A stretch of 64,000 nucleotides of DNA from Malacoraja senta. Lineage: Eukaryota. This document shows, in pieces, positions 13,205 through 26,894 of this stretch (the first letter of the stretch is position 1; the number at the start of each line of letters is the position of its first letter). Both the position numbers and the translations under genes were made by a program. The stretch covers positions 164,982,001-165,046,000 of the forward strand of contig CM075977.1 in NCBI GenBank assembly GCA_038087875.1, in the 5' to 3' direction. The notes beneath the pieces are model-generated. The model was not told the DNA's origin. It was given only the letters and a program-made list of their open reading frames with translations, and did not search any database.

Positions 13205-14230
13205 GCAAGTATCGGTATATTATTGTCATGTGTACCGAGATGCAGTAAAAAATTGTTTGTTAACAGTTGTTCTTGAATCTCGAGGTATGCGCTTGCACCT
13301 TCTGCCCCATGGGAGAGGGGAGTACAGAGTGTGACAGGGATGCGAGTGGTCCTTGATTATGTTGACTGCTCTCTGAGGCAGCGTGGTGTAGCTGGAACTG
13401 ACGGTGGGGCCAGCGGGAAAGGGAGTGCTGGTTTGTGTGATGGAGGGGGCTGTGTTCAGAACTTTCTGCGACTTACTAGCAGTCTTGGGCAAAGCAGTTG
13501 CCAAACTAAGCTGTGGTGCATCCTAATAGAATGTCGAATATGATGAATCAGTAGAAATTGATAAGAAACATTGGAGAAATATTGAATTTCCTAAGTCTTC
13601 CAGCATAAGTGTTTCCAAGGTTGTTGCTTCAATGTGGTTGGACCAGGACTAATTGGTGATATTTATGCCTTGGAATGTGAAGCTCTTGACAATCTCCACT
13701 TCAGCACCATTGGTGCACATTGAGGCATGTACTCCAACCTGCTTCCTGGAGTTGATGACTAGCTCCCCCATTTTGCTGACAATGTGGAAGAGGTAGTTGT
13801 CTTGACACTATGTTACTTGGCTCTATTTTCTCTCTCTACTGTGACCCATCATTATTCCAGATCTAGCCCAGATGTTAGTTTTGTCATTCGCAAACTTGTA
13901 AATGGAGCAGAATTTGACCGCACATTTGTGACTGTAGAAGTATAGTAAGGGGCTGAAAATGCAGCCTCGTATTCACCGGCGTTGAGAATTATCATGAGGG
14001 ATGTTTTGTTGCCTATCATTATTGTGATCTGTGGCTCAGAAAGTCAAGGATACAATTGCGGAGAGGGTGTGCTGAGACCCCAGTCCTGAATTATGGTTGA
14101 AATGATGTTGTTGAATATGGAGCTATAGTTAATAGTAGAAGCCCAACAAAGATGTCCTTGTTATACAGAGGTTACAGGGAGAAAGTGATGAGCTGCGTTT
14201 TTGAATACAGCACTGGGTAGGGAATAACGT
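13205..14230 (-). mobile_element. Old Rex/Babar LINE fragment
   Basis: Minus-strand translation AVNIIKDHSHPCHTLYSPLPWGRR resembles the Rex1 C-terminus; degenerate RT remnants upstream. Confidence 0.65.
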
Positions 14231-14404
14231 TGCATTTGCATTGCGAGTACTATCTAACCACTCTACGCTGGTGGTGAAAGCAAAATTCAGTGGTAAATAG
14301 GGTACAAAGCAGACACTTTTCCCCGAGGGTTACACATTGCTGCAGTTGACCTCATCTAGATGAGTGGAGTGTATTCCATTAAACACCTGACTTATGCTTA
14401 GGTG

Positions 14405-14812
14405 TGGATCTGGGATGTCTGGAGTTTAGGAGAATGAGGAGGGACCTAAATGAATTGTACAGAATAGTGAAAGGCTTGGATAGAGTGGATGTGGAGAGGA
14501 TGTTTCCACTAGTGGGAGAGTCTAGGATTAGAGGTTATAGCCTCAGAATTAAAGGACATTCTTTTAGGAAGGTGATGAGGGGGAATTTCTTTAGTCAGAG
14601 GGTGATGAATCTGTGGAATTCTTTGCCACAGAAGGCTATGGAGGCAGTCAGTGGATATATTTAAGGCAGAGATAGATTCTTGATTAGTACAGGTGTCAGA
14701 GGTTATGGGGAGAAGGCAGGAGAATGGGGTTAGGAGAGATAGATGACTGAATGGTGCAGTAGACTTGATGATCCGAATGGCCTAATTCTGCTCCTATCAC
14801 ATGATCATATGA
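14405..14812 (+). mobile_element. CR1 3' fragment
   Basis: ORF 14404-14664 (LEFRRMRRDL..MFPLVGESR..NLWNSLP). Confidence 0.85.
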
Positions 14813-15079
14813 CGTCAGAAGACGTCATTCATTGCATGACACCCAATTTCTGATCTGTTCCAGGGCTAGCCTTCATAAGATATGGATGGTGGGATCTCTG
14901 AAATAGTAATACTATTGAATTGAAGGGGTAAATGTTTGTATTCTTATTGGAAATGATTAATGTAGGGCACTCATGGCATGAACGTTGCATGACATCACCT
15001 TGATATCAACTACACAGTCTTGCTAAGATAATTTCATTAATACACAATAGGCTGAAATCTTGTGCGTGTTCTGACTCAC

Positions 15080-15283
15080 CATTTGAAACTCCTGTCGTTG
15101 CAGCGATAACATGGCTCTCTGAGGCACCACCACACGCCTCACTGACTCCACCAGTGAGAGGCAGCATGGACTCATCTGCTGCCTTTGCACCAGGCAGTTC
15201 TTTAAATACTGGTGTTTCTTCATCTTGGCTTTTATCAAGACTCTCATTTGATAGTCTGGACAGCACCTTAACCTTTAGTTTAC
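15080..15283 (-). CDS. SLC20A2: SLC20A2 exon 7
   Basis: (S)[45 protein letters not shown]...VSN; [11 protein letters not shown] is PiT-2-like; 204 nt; CAG acceptor, GTGAGT donor. Confidence 0.94.
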
Positions 15284-15375
15284 CTGCAAGACAGATTAGG
15301 TAGTTTTAACTTAACTAGGACTTAATTGCACCTGAAAAAAAAACACAGCTCATGACTATAGTGTCAGGGGCTTAC

Positions 15376-15495
15376 TTTCGATTTTCCTCTTCATCCAGGG
15401 GCATACCAACAGCCACACCACGAGTGCAGCCAGCAGCGCTCCACCAAGACTGATTAGCACCGTTGCCCAGATGGGGAACATGTCCAATCCCAGCA
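15376..15495 (-). CDS. SLC20A2: SLC20A2 exon 6
   Basis: (L)[39 protein letters not shown]; 120 nt; TAG acceptor, GTAAGC donor. Confidence 0.95.
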
Positions 15496-16434
15496 CTAGA
15501 GAATAGAAATACAATCCGTTGTTCTGCTTAGAATCCAATAATCTTTTAAGAAGTCTCTGCATTTGGAAATTTAATATTAAAACTCAAAACAAATTACATT
15601 CCAGTTGGACCCCGCAAGTTTTAAAATCATAGTTATCAAAATCAGAATAGATTTACACCACAACTCCATTTACTAATTTTCGACCCAAACGCAGTGATAG
15701 CCTTATATAAATTAAAACAAACCATCTATTTGTTCTGATCTGTTCCATCTATTTCACAAACACTCATTCAAAGGCATCTAAAGCCTTTGGCACAGAGACA
15801 CTTAAACATTTGATATTGTTCAACTATAAAATAGAAATGGAAAATTGTAATGAAACATTTTAGAGAATAAAAGGATCCAACCTAATTTTTCTTTTGCTAT
15901 TGAAATTATTCTTGAGGTGGGAGGAAGAATGCTGCTAGTATCTGCTACTTACAATAAAACCATAATTTGTGGTTTCAAAAAACCAACTGGTATAAATAGA
16001 TGATGAAGATCATGATCATTCCATCAGCCTCTGCATAACTAACTCCCACCCATCCATTTCAAGCAGCAGTGTGTTAGAAGGGCTCTCCCATATCGCTTCC
16101 ACCACCACCCCTCCACCACAGATTCAAATTTTCAGCCAAGCTCCCAATCGTACCCCACACAAACAAATACTGGGCTCTGATCAGAAAGGACATGACAACT
16201 CTCCTTACACAGCCCTAGGAATAGTGCTCAAATTTCTCACCACCTGAACTGCAGTCATTGCTTTACTGTTTTAATTCTCGTTTTCAGCATTTGGAATAGT
16301 TTGCTATGAGCCATGGATAATACATGATTTCAGTAAAATTATAATCTATACATTGTTTTGACATGATATTCAACACTTTCTCAAACAATGTGTTCTATTC
16401 TTGGTTGCTAATGGAAAACCAAGCAATGGAATGC

Positions 16435-18100
16435 AAAGATTTTATAGCAACCGGAGGGCAACTTTTCATACGGAGGGTGGTAGTTATATGGAATAAACTG
16501 GTAGAGATAGCGATTGAGGTAGGTACAATATAATTTAAAAGATATTTGAACAGGTACAAGGGTAGGAAAGATTTAGAGGGGTATAGGTCAAACCCAGGCA
16601 AATGGGACTAGCTTAGATGGGCGTCTTGCTCAGCACGGACAAGTTGGGCCAAAGCACTGTTTCTGCCCTGTATGACTCTCCAAGTTAGTTTGGAAAAAAA
16701 TACATCTGGGAAATTCCTCCATATTCTTTCTAATAAAGGGGCACCAACATTCTTGCAGGGATGGCAAAGGGGTGTTAACCAGAGCAGCAGGTCAGCAAAT
16801 GGTAGGGCCTAAGGGAAAGTGGAGGTATGTATTCTGGCTGGAGTCTGTGACCAATGGAGTTCCACAGGGATCTGTTCTGGGACTTCTGCTGTTTGTGATA
16901 TATATAAATGACCTAAATATAAATGTAAGGTAGACAAAAGTGCTGGAGAAACTCAGCGGGTGAGGCAGCATCTGTGGAGCGAAGGAATAGGTGACATTTC
17001 GGGGGTCAAGACCCTTCTTCAGAAGAAGGGTCCCGACCCGAAACATCACTTATTCCTTCGCTCCATAGATGCTGCCTCACCCGCTGTGTTTCTCCAGCAC
17101 TTTTGTCTACCTTACATTTTTCCAGCATCTGCAATTCTTTCTTAAATATAAATGTAGATGGGTTGGTAAGTAAGTAAGTTTACTGATGCCACCAAAATTA
17201 GAGGATTTGCAGACAGCGAGGAATGCTGTCAGAAAATACAGCGGGATAGAGATCACCTGCAGAAATGGGCAATGGCAGATAGAGTTTAACCTGAGCAAGT
17301 GCGAGGTGTTGCACTTTAGGAGATTGAATGTAAGGATTGAGTGTACAGTTAATGGCAAGACCCTTAAAGCATTGATGTGTAGAGGGATGTTGGAGTCCAG
17401 GTTCATAGCTTGCTAAAAGGTGGCAGTACAATTAGACATGGTGGTAAAGAAGACATAAGGTATGCTTGCTTTCATTGTTAGGGACATTGAATAAGAGTTA
17501 GGAGGCCATGATGCAGCTCTACAGGATGTTGGTTAGGCCACATTTGGAGTATTGCATGTAGTTCTGGCTGCCCCATTATAGAAAAAATATTGGAGGCTTT
17601 GGAGAGGGTGTAGAGGTTTATCAGAATGCTGCCTTGATTAGAGGGTTGCAGTTACAGGGAGAGGTTAGATAGACTTGCATTGTTTTCTCTGGAACAGAGG
17701 TTGAGGGGAAACCTGATTGAAGTATATAAAATGATGAGATATAGATAGGATTGAGTCAGAACTTTTTTCTGGAAGGGTGGAAATGTCGAACACTAGGCAG
17801 CATAGTTAGAAGATAAGAGGGGAAATGTTTAATGGAGATGTGTGGCACAAGTTTTTTTTTTTTTTTAAAGAGGCAAAAGGTGGTGGGGGCCTGGAGCACA
17901 TAGCCAGGGTTGATGGTGCAGATATTTTAAGAGGCAGACAGTTTAAGAGGCTTTTAGATGAGCATGTGGTAGTGCAAGGAATAGAGGGAAATGGATCATG
18001 TGCAGGCAGAGGAGATCAGTTCAGCTAGGCATCATGTTCGACACAAACATTGTGGGCCAAAGGGTTGGTTCCTGTGCCGTACTGTTCCATGTTCTAAAAT
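16435..18100 (+). mobile_element. Old CR1 fragments (16435-16680 and 16790-18100)
   Basis: GVPQGSVLG, FNLSKCEVLHF and RPHLEYC remnants; 3' UTR. Confidence 0.8.
16928..17142. repeat. Palindromic Penelope pLTR-derived insertion
   Basis: Inverted arms of about 95 nt centred near 17021; 14-bp TSD TAAATATAAATGTA (16914-16927 and 17143-17156). Related copies at about 3155, 10550, 11770, 21935, 33900, 34313, 36368, 44560, 48620 and 54430. Confidence 0.85.
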
Positions 18101-18683
18101 GTCACATAATCAAAAAAAAGCATGCAATTTATTTGTCATATTTCCATCCAAAAAGATTAAATTTAAAAAGAACTCAAATTTGCAACATTCTTGCATCATA
18201 ATTTAAGAAGCAGCAACAGTTTATTATAGACAATAGACTCATTACTTTTGATAGATCTAAGGCCATTAACTTACACAATGTTTCTCTGTTGAAATGTGTT
18301 GCTAAGCTACAAAGCTATCCTGGCATTAAAATGTAGATCACAGCCAAAATGAAGCAAGCCTCAACTTTGGGACCTATTTTAATAGCTAATCATGACAAAT
18401 CCATCAGCTATGATAAAAGATAACCATCTGCTGGTTACAGCTTGAGGGGTCACCTTTGATTTAAAAAAAACCCAACCTACTATGTAGTCAAAATGGCAAA
18501 ATGTTAACGAGGTGAAATTGGCCTTTATTATTGACAAATTGTTCGTCACAGCAAAAGGCTACCCCATTTAGCATTATGCTCCAATTTTGTTTTCTGTGGT
18601 TGGGTGCAAAATAAGGCAGCCGATTGCTGTTGCCGTGATCATTTTCGTACCAAAGCTGCAACCAGTTTCCAAAAGGTACTTAC

Positions 18684-18780
18684 ATGGTGCTCCCGCGTAC
18701 AAGATTGAGAAGGTATTTATCCCTACAGTAGCAGCATAAAACAGCGGGAGTGCACGTAGGCCATTCGGCACAGGATCTTC
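18684..18780 (-). CDS. SLC20A2: SLC20A2 exon 5
   Basis: [32 protein letters not shown]; 97 nt; TAG acceptor, GTAAGT donor. Confidence 0.96.
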
Positions 18781-18892
18781 CTACAGAAATAATGATTTAA
18801 TTAGTGTTTTAAAAAAGTGTTGGGGGGGGGGGGGGGGTGCAAAACAAAATTTCAATTCACAATTTAAATTCTTTTAAGAAAATAATACTCAC

Positions 18893-18978
18893 CTTTTTCA
18901 AGATGAAGAATCGAATTAGGATAAAGAGCACGCCAGACATTATCCCTGATAGAAGCGGGGAAATGAACCAGGAGGCAA
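18893..18978 (-). CDS. SLC20A2: SLC20A2 exon 4
   Basis: (V)[28 protein letters not shown]; 86 nt; CAG acceptor, GTGAGT donor. Not in the ORF track; read by hand. Confidence 0.95.
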
Positions 18979-19029
18979 CTGCAATGATAAGACGGCCACA
19001 AGTCAAAAATGATCAGAAATAAGGTTGCA

Positions 19030-20585
19030 ATTTGCCCCTCAAAAAGATTAAATGGAAAATGATGATTTAGGGGTTAAATTTGGACACACGATCAGTCATG
19101 TCATTATAGATTGTTAATCTGTCAAGGCCACACCATTGATCTCTGTGGTACTCCACCGGTTACAGCTGGGGAACTGAAAATAACTCCATTGTCCTGAATG
19201 TTTTCTTTTGGTTAGCTAATCCTGTATCCTATGTTCTCCCTATTGCCATGAGCAGTCATCTTTAAAGTGGCACCTTATATTATTACCCTGGTTAAATAAT
19301 AGATTCTAGAATCTCAGTCAAGGTAGCAGTGCCACAGGATTTGTCAACTATGAGCCCCATTGCTTTGCCTAATGAAAGGGACTGATTATGACTATTATTT
19401 AGAGTGCTTATAATGTCTTCCACCATGACAACAGATTACCATTCTCGAATTCTCTACCATGTTCCCTTCATCATTATTAATTCCTTATTAATCCATTAAA
19501 GAATGGACATTTAACTTCACTAACTCACTTCCATTTGTATATATCGGCACAAGCTTATACTTGTTTGCTAGCCTATTTTCGAAACTTCTTTCTTTTTTTT
19601 TTTAAGTCATCCTATGCTGATTTTCTAAAGATCCCCATTCTTCTGCATCACCACAAAACTTCCTTTTGTTTTATTATTTTAAACCTTCCTTTATTAGCCT
19701 TGAATGGATTATCTTTCTCATAATCTATTCCTCAGATCTTAAAAAAATGTTTTCTTCGGCAATGGCAGTCATTATCCACTAATTTTCTTTTGAATTTATT
19801 TTCCCAATCCACTTTTAGCTTTCGCACCTTTGTAATTTATTTGCTTTTAACCCTATGAAATACCTTCATCGTTCATTCCCAGAAGTGTATTTACTATGAG
19901 ATTGTTAATTCATTCTGTTGTTTCATTATTAATGACCAGATCTAAAGTAGACTGCTCCTTGGTTGGTTTCATAATTGTTTGGAGAAAGTGTAGATAAAAC
20001 ATTCTATAAACTTGATCTCCAGGTTATCTTTGTCAATCTATGTGAACATTTCAGTCACCCATATTCATTGCTGTTATCTCTCTTGCAAGACTATTTCTTG
20101 ATTTATGCTGTCCTGCAGTAGTTATTGTTGGGGACGTGCAGGCTACTCCCACTGGGGATATCATTCCATTACAGTTTCTTATTTCCACTGAAAAGAATTC
20201 AATTTTGATCTCGTGATCCATGGTCATTTCTCATTACTGTACTGATCTCTTTAAAAAAAAACAAATCTGTCCCACCCCTTTCTTCTTTCCGTCTAACCTT
20301 CAAAAATTGGAAGTACATCAATATCAACATTTAACAATCACGAAAAGAGAGATGATCAGGAAGTATTAAAAAATACATCCAGGGTGGATATAGAAAAAAG
20401 TTTCCACTTGTGGAGGATGGGGAAAAGGTCATAGGTGATAGGAGCAGAATTAGGACGTTCGGCCCATCAAGTCTACTCCGCCATTCAATCATGCTGATAT
20501 ATCTCTCCCTCCTAACAACATTCTCCTGCCTTCTCCCCATAATCCCCGACACCCGTACTAATCAGGAATTTAACTACCTCTGCCT
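19030..20585 (-). mobile_element. Very old CR1 remnant plus a younger CR1 3' end (20427-20585)
   Basis: Degenerate similarity to 23950-24800; the 3' UTR at 20427-20585 is clear. Confidence 0.55.
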
Positions 20586-21020
20586 TAGGCCCACAACTAA
20601 AATTCATAATCATAAGCCAATCACTCAAATTTAGGAGAAACTCCTTTACCTAGAATAATGAGAATGCAAAACATTATACCTCATGTACATTTGGTACACA
20701 TTGACAAATTTAAAAGGAAACAAGATAGTACATGAAGATGAAAACAATATAGGAATGTGCTAATAAAAGGCAAACTGAAGCAAGTGAGGAGAGGTTTCAC
20801 TGGCAACATAAATACTGTTGGGGACTCAAATGAGACGTTACTGAGTATTTGTTGATATGTGATATTCAATATAACTGAAATGCACAAAATTGTAATTAAA
20901 AAGAGATTGAAGATTGTGAAAGAACAGCAACGTCTGTCAGAAAAGTAATGAAATGGAGGAGTTACCAATCGTTGTTTCTGTGCATAATAGTCTCACACAC
21001 AAAAGGAAAAGGTCAATTAC

Positions 21021-21161
21021 CAATCTTGATGAGCTGGACCCATCGGACACTCCGAGCACCAACTGAAACAAGCGAGAAACCAATGGTGGCTCCGACAATG
21101 CAATGTGTGCCTGATATCGGAAGCTTCAAAAATGAAGCAATGAGTTGCCAGATTGCAGAAC
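21021..21161 (-). CDS. SLC20A2: SLC20A2 exon 3
   Basis: (G)[46 protein letters not shown]; 141 nt; TAG acceptor, GTAATT donor; phase fits. Confidence 0.96.
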
Positions 21162-21689
21162 CTATCAGAAGCAAGAATAAGAAAATGTGAGGCATTAACT
21201 TTCGCTGTTAAATCACACTTAAATGTTCCTGCACTAAATATTCTGGTTTAGAATTATCTGGTTTAGAAAAACCAACATCTAATGAAGTCACACAACTATT
21301 TGCAAGGGATCTGACATTGTGCAATTAACAGTGATTACACTTCAAGAAAATAAATTATTAGCTATGAAATGCTTTGCTCCGTGGTTCACTCTACTTTGTT
21401 CATCAGAAAACATGTATTTACACTGCAGCTACTGTTTCTGGAATCTGGTTCCCCATAAATAAACTTCTCTATTACAAATACACTCAGTATTTCTACTAAA
21501 CTCTACCTAGATATCACATGTCACTTGTATTTGTTGAGTACCAGATGGGAACGAAGAGTAGGATTAAGAATATGAATGCTGTCCAGTTGTTCAGCTTTCA
21601 TTTAGCATGAAAATGTAGTGCCTGAGAGCAGGCTTTTCTTGCATAAACCTAGGCACGAATAAGCATACTTAGCCATAAGCAAACCTGGC

Positions 21690-21817
21690 CATATCAGGAG
21701 ATATGGGGAGAAGGCAGGAACGGGGTACTGATTGGGGATAATCAGCCATGATCACATTGAATGGCGGCACTGGCTCGAAGGGCCGAATGGCTTACTCCTG
21801 CACCTATTGTCTATTGT
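21690..21817 (+). mobile_element. CR1 3' UTR stub
   Basis: Nearly identical to 4738-4862. Confidence 0.85.
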
Positions 21818-22624
21818 GCTTACATTGTAATGATAATGCTGGGACTAAATGGAACCTTAGGCACCAAATCCTTCAGGCAAGCGGAACTTAGGCAGTTAAA
21901 AGTCCACAAATCTGTACCTACTTGAAACTAGTGATAGACACAAAATGCTGGAGTAACTCAGCGGGACAGGCAGAATCTCTGGATAGAAGGAACGGGTGAT
22001 GTTTCGGGTTGAGACCCTTCTTCAGACTTGAAACTAACTTGCGAAGATTTTTAAATTGATGGTAGGAGGGGAACCAGAAAGAGAATAGCAATAGCCAATC
22101 CCAATAGATTTTTCCTCTTTCCAATTCTCGTGCCTTCCCTGTCAGGGTTGAAGGTCGTTAACTGGTAGCATTTAAACACAAAGAGTTTTAATACAAATTC
22201 CTTCCTTTTCTCACCATTGGAAGAATGGTTGATTTTTGAACCTAGTCAAAACACAACTATCATATCAAATGATGATGCTGTGTACAAAAAATATGAACAA
22301 CGTCTTCCCATTTTAATCAAAATTGTATTAATTTCTGCTCCAAAGTCACTTTAAAAAAAAAGCCAAATATGGTCAGATGAATGAACCAGAGAGCAAACAA
22401 CGAAAAAGCCTTGGCATGGGTTATTATCAGTTAGAAATAAAATTGTAATAATTCAAAGCAATTCTACATTCTCCCTTTCCAAATTACCCACCCCTGGATT
22501 TAAGTGCATTTTTATATATGGCTGAAATATTGGTGTCAACATCTGCATTATCAATTGAAATGGTGAATATTTGTGAGATTCACCACCTTCAATCATTGCA
22601 GTCCTTCTGACACAGATGACCCCC

Positions 22625-25338
22625 ATAGAAACATAGAAAATAGGTGCAGTAGGCCATTCGGCCCTTCGAACCATTCAATATGATCATGGCTGATCATCCA
22701 ACTCAGTATCCTGTACCTGCCTTCTCTCCATACCCCCTGATCCCTTCAGCCACAAGGGCCACATCTAACTCCCTCTTAAATATAGCCAATGAACTGGCCT
22801 CAACTACCTTCTGTGGCAGAGAATTCCAGAGATTCACCACCCTTGTGTGAAAAATGTTTTTCTCATCTCGGTCCTAAAAGATTTCCCCCTTATCCTTAAA
22901 CTGTGACCCCTTCTTCTGGACTTCCCCAACATCGGGAACAATCTTCTTGCATCTAGCCTGTCCAACCCCTTAAGAATTTTGTAAGTTTCTAAAAGATCCC
23001 CCCTCAATCTTCTAAATTCTAGCGCGTACAAGCCGAGTCTATCCAGTCTTTCTTCATATGAAAGTCCTGACATCCCAGGAATCAGTCTGGTGAACCTTCT
23101 CTGTACTCCCTCTATGGCAAGAATGTCTTTCCTCAGATTTGGAGACCAAAACTGTACGCAATACTCCAGGTGTGGTCTCACCAAGACCCTGTACCACTGC
23201 AGTAGAACCTCCCTGCTCCTATACTCAAATCATTTTGCTATGAATGCTAACATACCATTCGCTTTCTTCACTGCCTGCTGCACCTGCATGCCTACTTTCA
23301 ATGACTGGTGTACCATGACACCCAGGTCTCGTTGCATCTCCCCTTTTCCTAATCGGCCACCATTCAGGTAATAGTCTACTTTCCTGTTTTTGCCACCAAA
23401 GTGGATAACCTCACATTTATCCACATTATACTGCATCTGCCATGCATTTGCCCACTCACCCAGCCTATCCAAGTCACCTTGCAGCCTCCTAGCATCCTCC
23501 TCACAGCTAACACTGCCCCCCAGCTTCGTGTCATCCACAAACTTGGAGATGTTGCATTCAATTCCCTCGTCCAAATCATTTATATTGTAAATAGCTGGGG
23601 TCCCAGCACTGAGCCTTGCGGTAACCCACTAGTCACTGCCTGCCATTCTGAAAAGGACCTGTTTACTCCTACTCTTTGCTTCCTGTCTGCCAGCCAGTTC
23701 TCTATCCACATCAATACTGAACCCCCAATACCGTGTGCTTTACGTTTGTATACTAATCTCTTATGTGGGACCTTGTCGAAAGCCTTCTGGATGTCCAGAT
23801 ATAACACATCCACTGGTTCTCCCTTATCCACTCTACTAGTTACATCCTCGAAAAATTCTATAAGATTCGTCAGACATGATTTACCTTTCGTAAATCCATG
23901 CTGACTTTGTCCAATGATTTCACCACTTACCAAATGTGCTGCTACCCCATCTTTAATAACTGACTCTAGCAGTTTCCCCACTACTGATGTTAGACTAACT
24001 GATCTGTAATTCCACGTTTTCTAATTTGTATGCTTCATCTTTTGTTTTGGTACTATCCCTGATTTCCCTTGTTATCCACGGATGCACTACCTTCCCTGAT
24101 TTATCCTTTATCCAAACTGGGATGAACAATTGTTGTAGTTCATCCATGCAGTCTTTAAATGCCTTCCATTGCACATCTACTGTCAACCCTTTAAGAATCA
24201 ATTGCCAGTCTATCTTGGCCAATTCACGTCTCATACCCTCAAAGTTACCTTTCTTTAAGTTCAGAATCCTTGTTTCTGAATTAATGATGTCACTCTCCAT
24301 CCTAATGAAGAACTCAACCATATTATGGTCACTCTTGCCCAAGGGGCCACGCACAACAAGACTGCTAACTAACCCTTCCTCATTACTCAATACCCAGTCT
24401 AGAATAGCCTGCTCTCTCGTTGGTTCCTCTACATGTTGGTTTAGAAAACTATCCCGCATACATTCCAAGAAATCCTCTTCCTCAGCACCCCTGCCAATTT
24501 GATTCACCCAATCTATATGTAGATTGGTCACCCATTATAACTGTTTTACCTTTGTTGCACGCATTTCTAATTTCCTGTTTGATGCCATCCCCAACCACTA
24601 CTACTGTTAGGTGGCCTGTACACAACTCCCACTAGCGTTTTCTGCCCCTTAGTGTTTCGCAGCTCTACGCATATCGATTCCACATCCTCCAAGCTAATGT
24701 CCTTCCTTTCTATTGCGTTAATCTCATCTCTAACCAGCAACGCTACCCCACCTCCTTTTTCTTTCTGTCTATCCCTCCTGAATATTGCATATCCCTGGAT
24801 GTTCAGCTCCCAGCCTTGGTCACCCTGGAGTCATGTCTCCGTGATCCCAACTACATCAGTCATTAATAGCTATCTGCACATTCAACTCATCCACCTTATT
24901 ACGAATGCTCCTTGCATTGAGACACAAAGCCTTCAGGCTTGTTTTTACAACACTCTTACCCCCTTATACAATTATGTTGAAAAGTGGCCCTTTTTGTTTT
25001 TTGCCCTGGATTTGTCTGCCTGCCACTTTTACTTTTCACCTTGCTACCTATTGCTTCTACCCTCATTTTACACCCCTCTGTCTCTCTGCTCACACATTTA
25101 AGAAACCCACCACCTCTTATTCTCTGTTTATTATTTTTTTCTTCTTTCTCCCCTACATGTTGGGTCTGAGAGCTTCCCTTCTCTGCCTCCTGCCTCACAC
25201 ACTGTCTACTAGCTTTCTCTATTTGAGTCCCTCCCCCCAACCGTTCTAGTTTAAAGTCTCCCCAGTAGCTTTTGCAAATCTTCCCGCCAGGATATTGGTC
25301 CCCCTTGGGTTCAAGTGCAACCCGTCCTTTTTGTACAG
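22625..25338 (-). mobile_element. CR1/HER1-type LINE, long copy with internal deletion
   Basis: ORF1 end LYKKDGLHLNP (esterase-type), endonuclease start CLNARSIRNKVDEL, EQAILDWVLSN..LGKSDHNMVEF, RT ORFs 23580-23981, 23230-23574 and 22834-23184, and a (CTATGTTT)n tail. Confidence 0.93.
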
Positions 25339-26229
25339 TACATGGTGTCATGGGGTTGAAATAAAGTCACCGACAATAAAAGTGACTTGTTTCAGGTCAT
25401 GGTTGCGTCCAACTCGTGAGAGGCAATAGCAAGGTTCAGATCTCCTGCATTGGTCACAGTGACCTGGGTCAACATTCTGCTGAATTGCAATGATTCACTC
25501 TTTTGCGATCATGCTCAGAATCCTCTATGTGATCTTCCCCTGCTCAGGGAGTTCCTCACGAACATCAGGTTGTTTGTGGGCTGGTGAAATTCACCTTACT
25601 GCTGCTTCTAATCTCCACTCTGTGCAACAGTTTAATATCAAACATTTTATTAAACTGTATGGTTTTTTTTTAAGTTCACTTTGTCTCTGTCACACATTTC
25701 TTTATTTAAAAAAAAAGTGGCATTTACAAACTGCTTATATCAACTTTGCTTTTAAATGAAAGCATCGTCTAATCTTACCAAAAGCATGTTCTCAATTTAA
25801 GATATGAGAAATTGTCATTGTTTAATCCCATATTTTGATTCATACTGATTCTTCAGTGTGACTGTGGTGATAACGCCAACAGTTCTCTGGTGATTTTTAT
25901 TTTCCATTTCATATTTGATGCTCTGTTGACTACTGGACAGCAAACAAGCCTCATGTTTGTCCACTTCCAAGAGAAGAAATACATAAGAGTTCATAGCTGG
26001 ATCCTCTTTCTTTTGCTCAGAGATCACAATCTTTCTTTCCACCTCACCCACATCATTATCAAAGTGGAATATACAAAAAGAGTATATTTAAAAAAAATAT
26101 TCACAAAAAATGCACATTACTGACAAGGCTACGTTTACTGCCCTGCTTCAATTGTGACAAAACTTGCTTTGTCCTATCGACATTGAGTGTTTACGGTATT
26201 ATATGGGGTGGTTTGAGTTTTGATACAGT

Positions 26230-26660
26230 AAAACAACTTCTAGGGCACAAAGTATAAGAGTCAGGAAGTCATGTTACAGCCTTATAAAACTTTGGTTAGG
26301 CCACACTTGGAATATTGTGTACAGTTCTGGTCACTTCTTTTCAGGAAGGATGTGGATGGGTGCAGAAGCACTTTACCAGGATACTGCCTGGATTAGAGAG
26401 GTTGGACAAACTCAAATTGTTTTCTCCAGAGCATTGGAGGCTGAGGGAGATTTAATAAAGTTTCTAAAATTATGAGAGGCTTACATATGATGGACAGTCC
26501 AAATCGTTTTACAAAATGGAAATGTCCAAGACAAGAGAACATAGCTTTAAAAGACCAGAGGGGGACATTTTAAAAGGAGATGAGCAGAGCATTATGTTCA
26601 AAACACACATCAAGGGGCAAACGGCCTGTTCCTGTGCTAGACTGCTCTCTACTAAATAGC
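26230..26660 (+). mobile_element. Old CR1 fragment
   Basis: LVRPHLEYCVQFWS remnant. Confidence 0.75.
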
Positions 26661-26894
26661 CATGTGGTAAGGAAATCTGATTTGAGGAAAATAGGTTTGC
26701 CTATAGCAATGATCCTCTTGTCTTTCTCATTGCCAAAAGCCAAATAAGCATGATGTTCTTGAAGCAATCTTGAGTTTTTGCAGAGCAGAAGAGATGAGAT
26801 TGTTATCCTATCATGAGCAACTGAAAATGTTATGTATTCTTTGGAGTTTGGACAATTGGAGGCTGATCTTATTGAAATATGCAAGATCACAATG

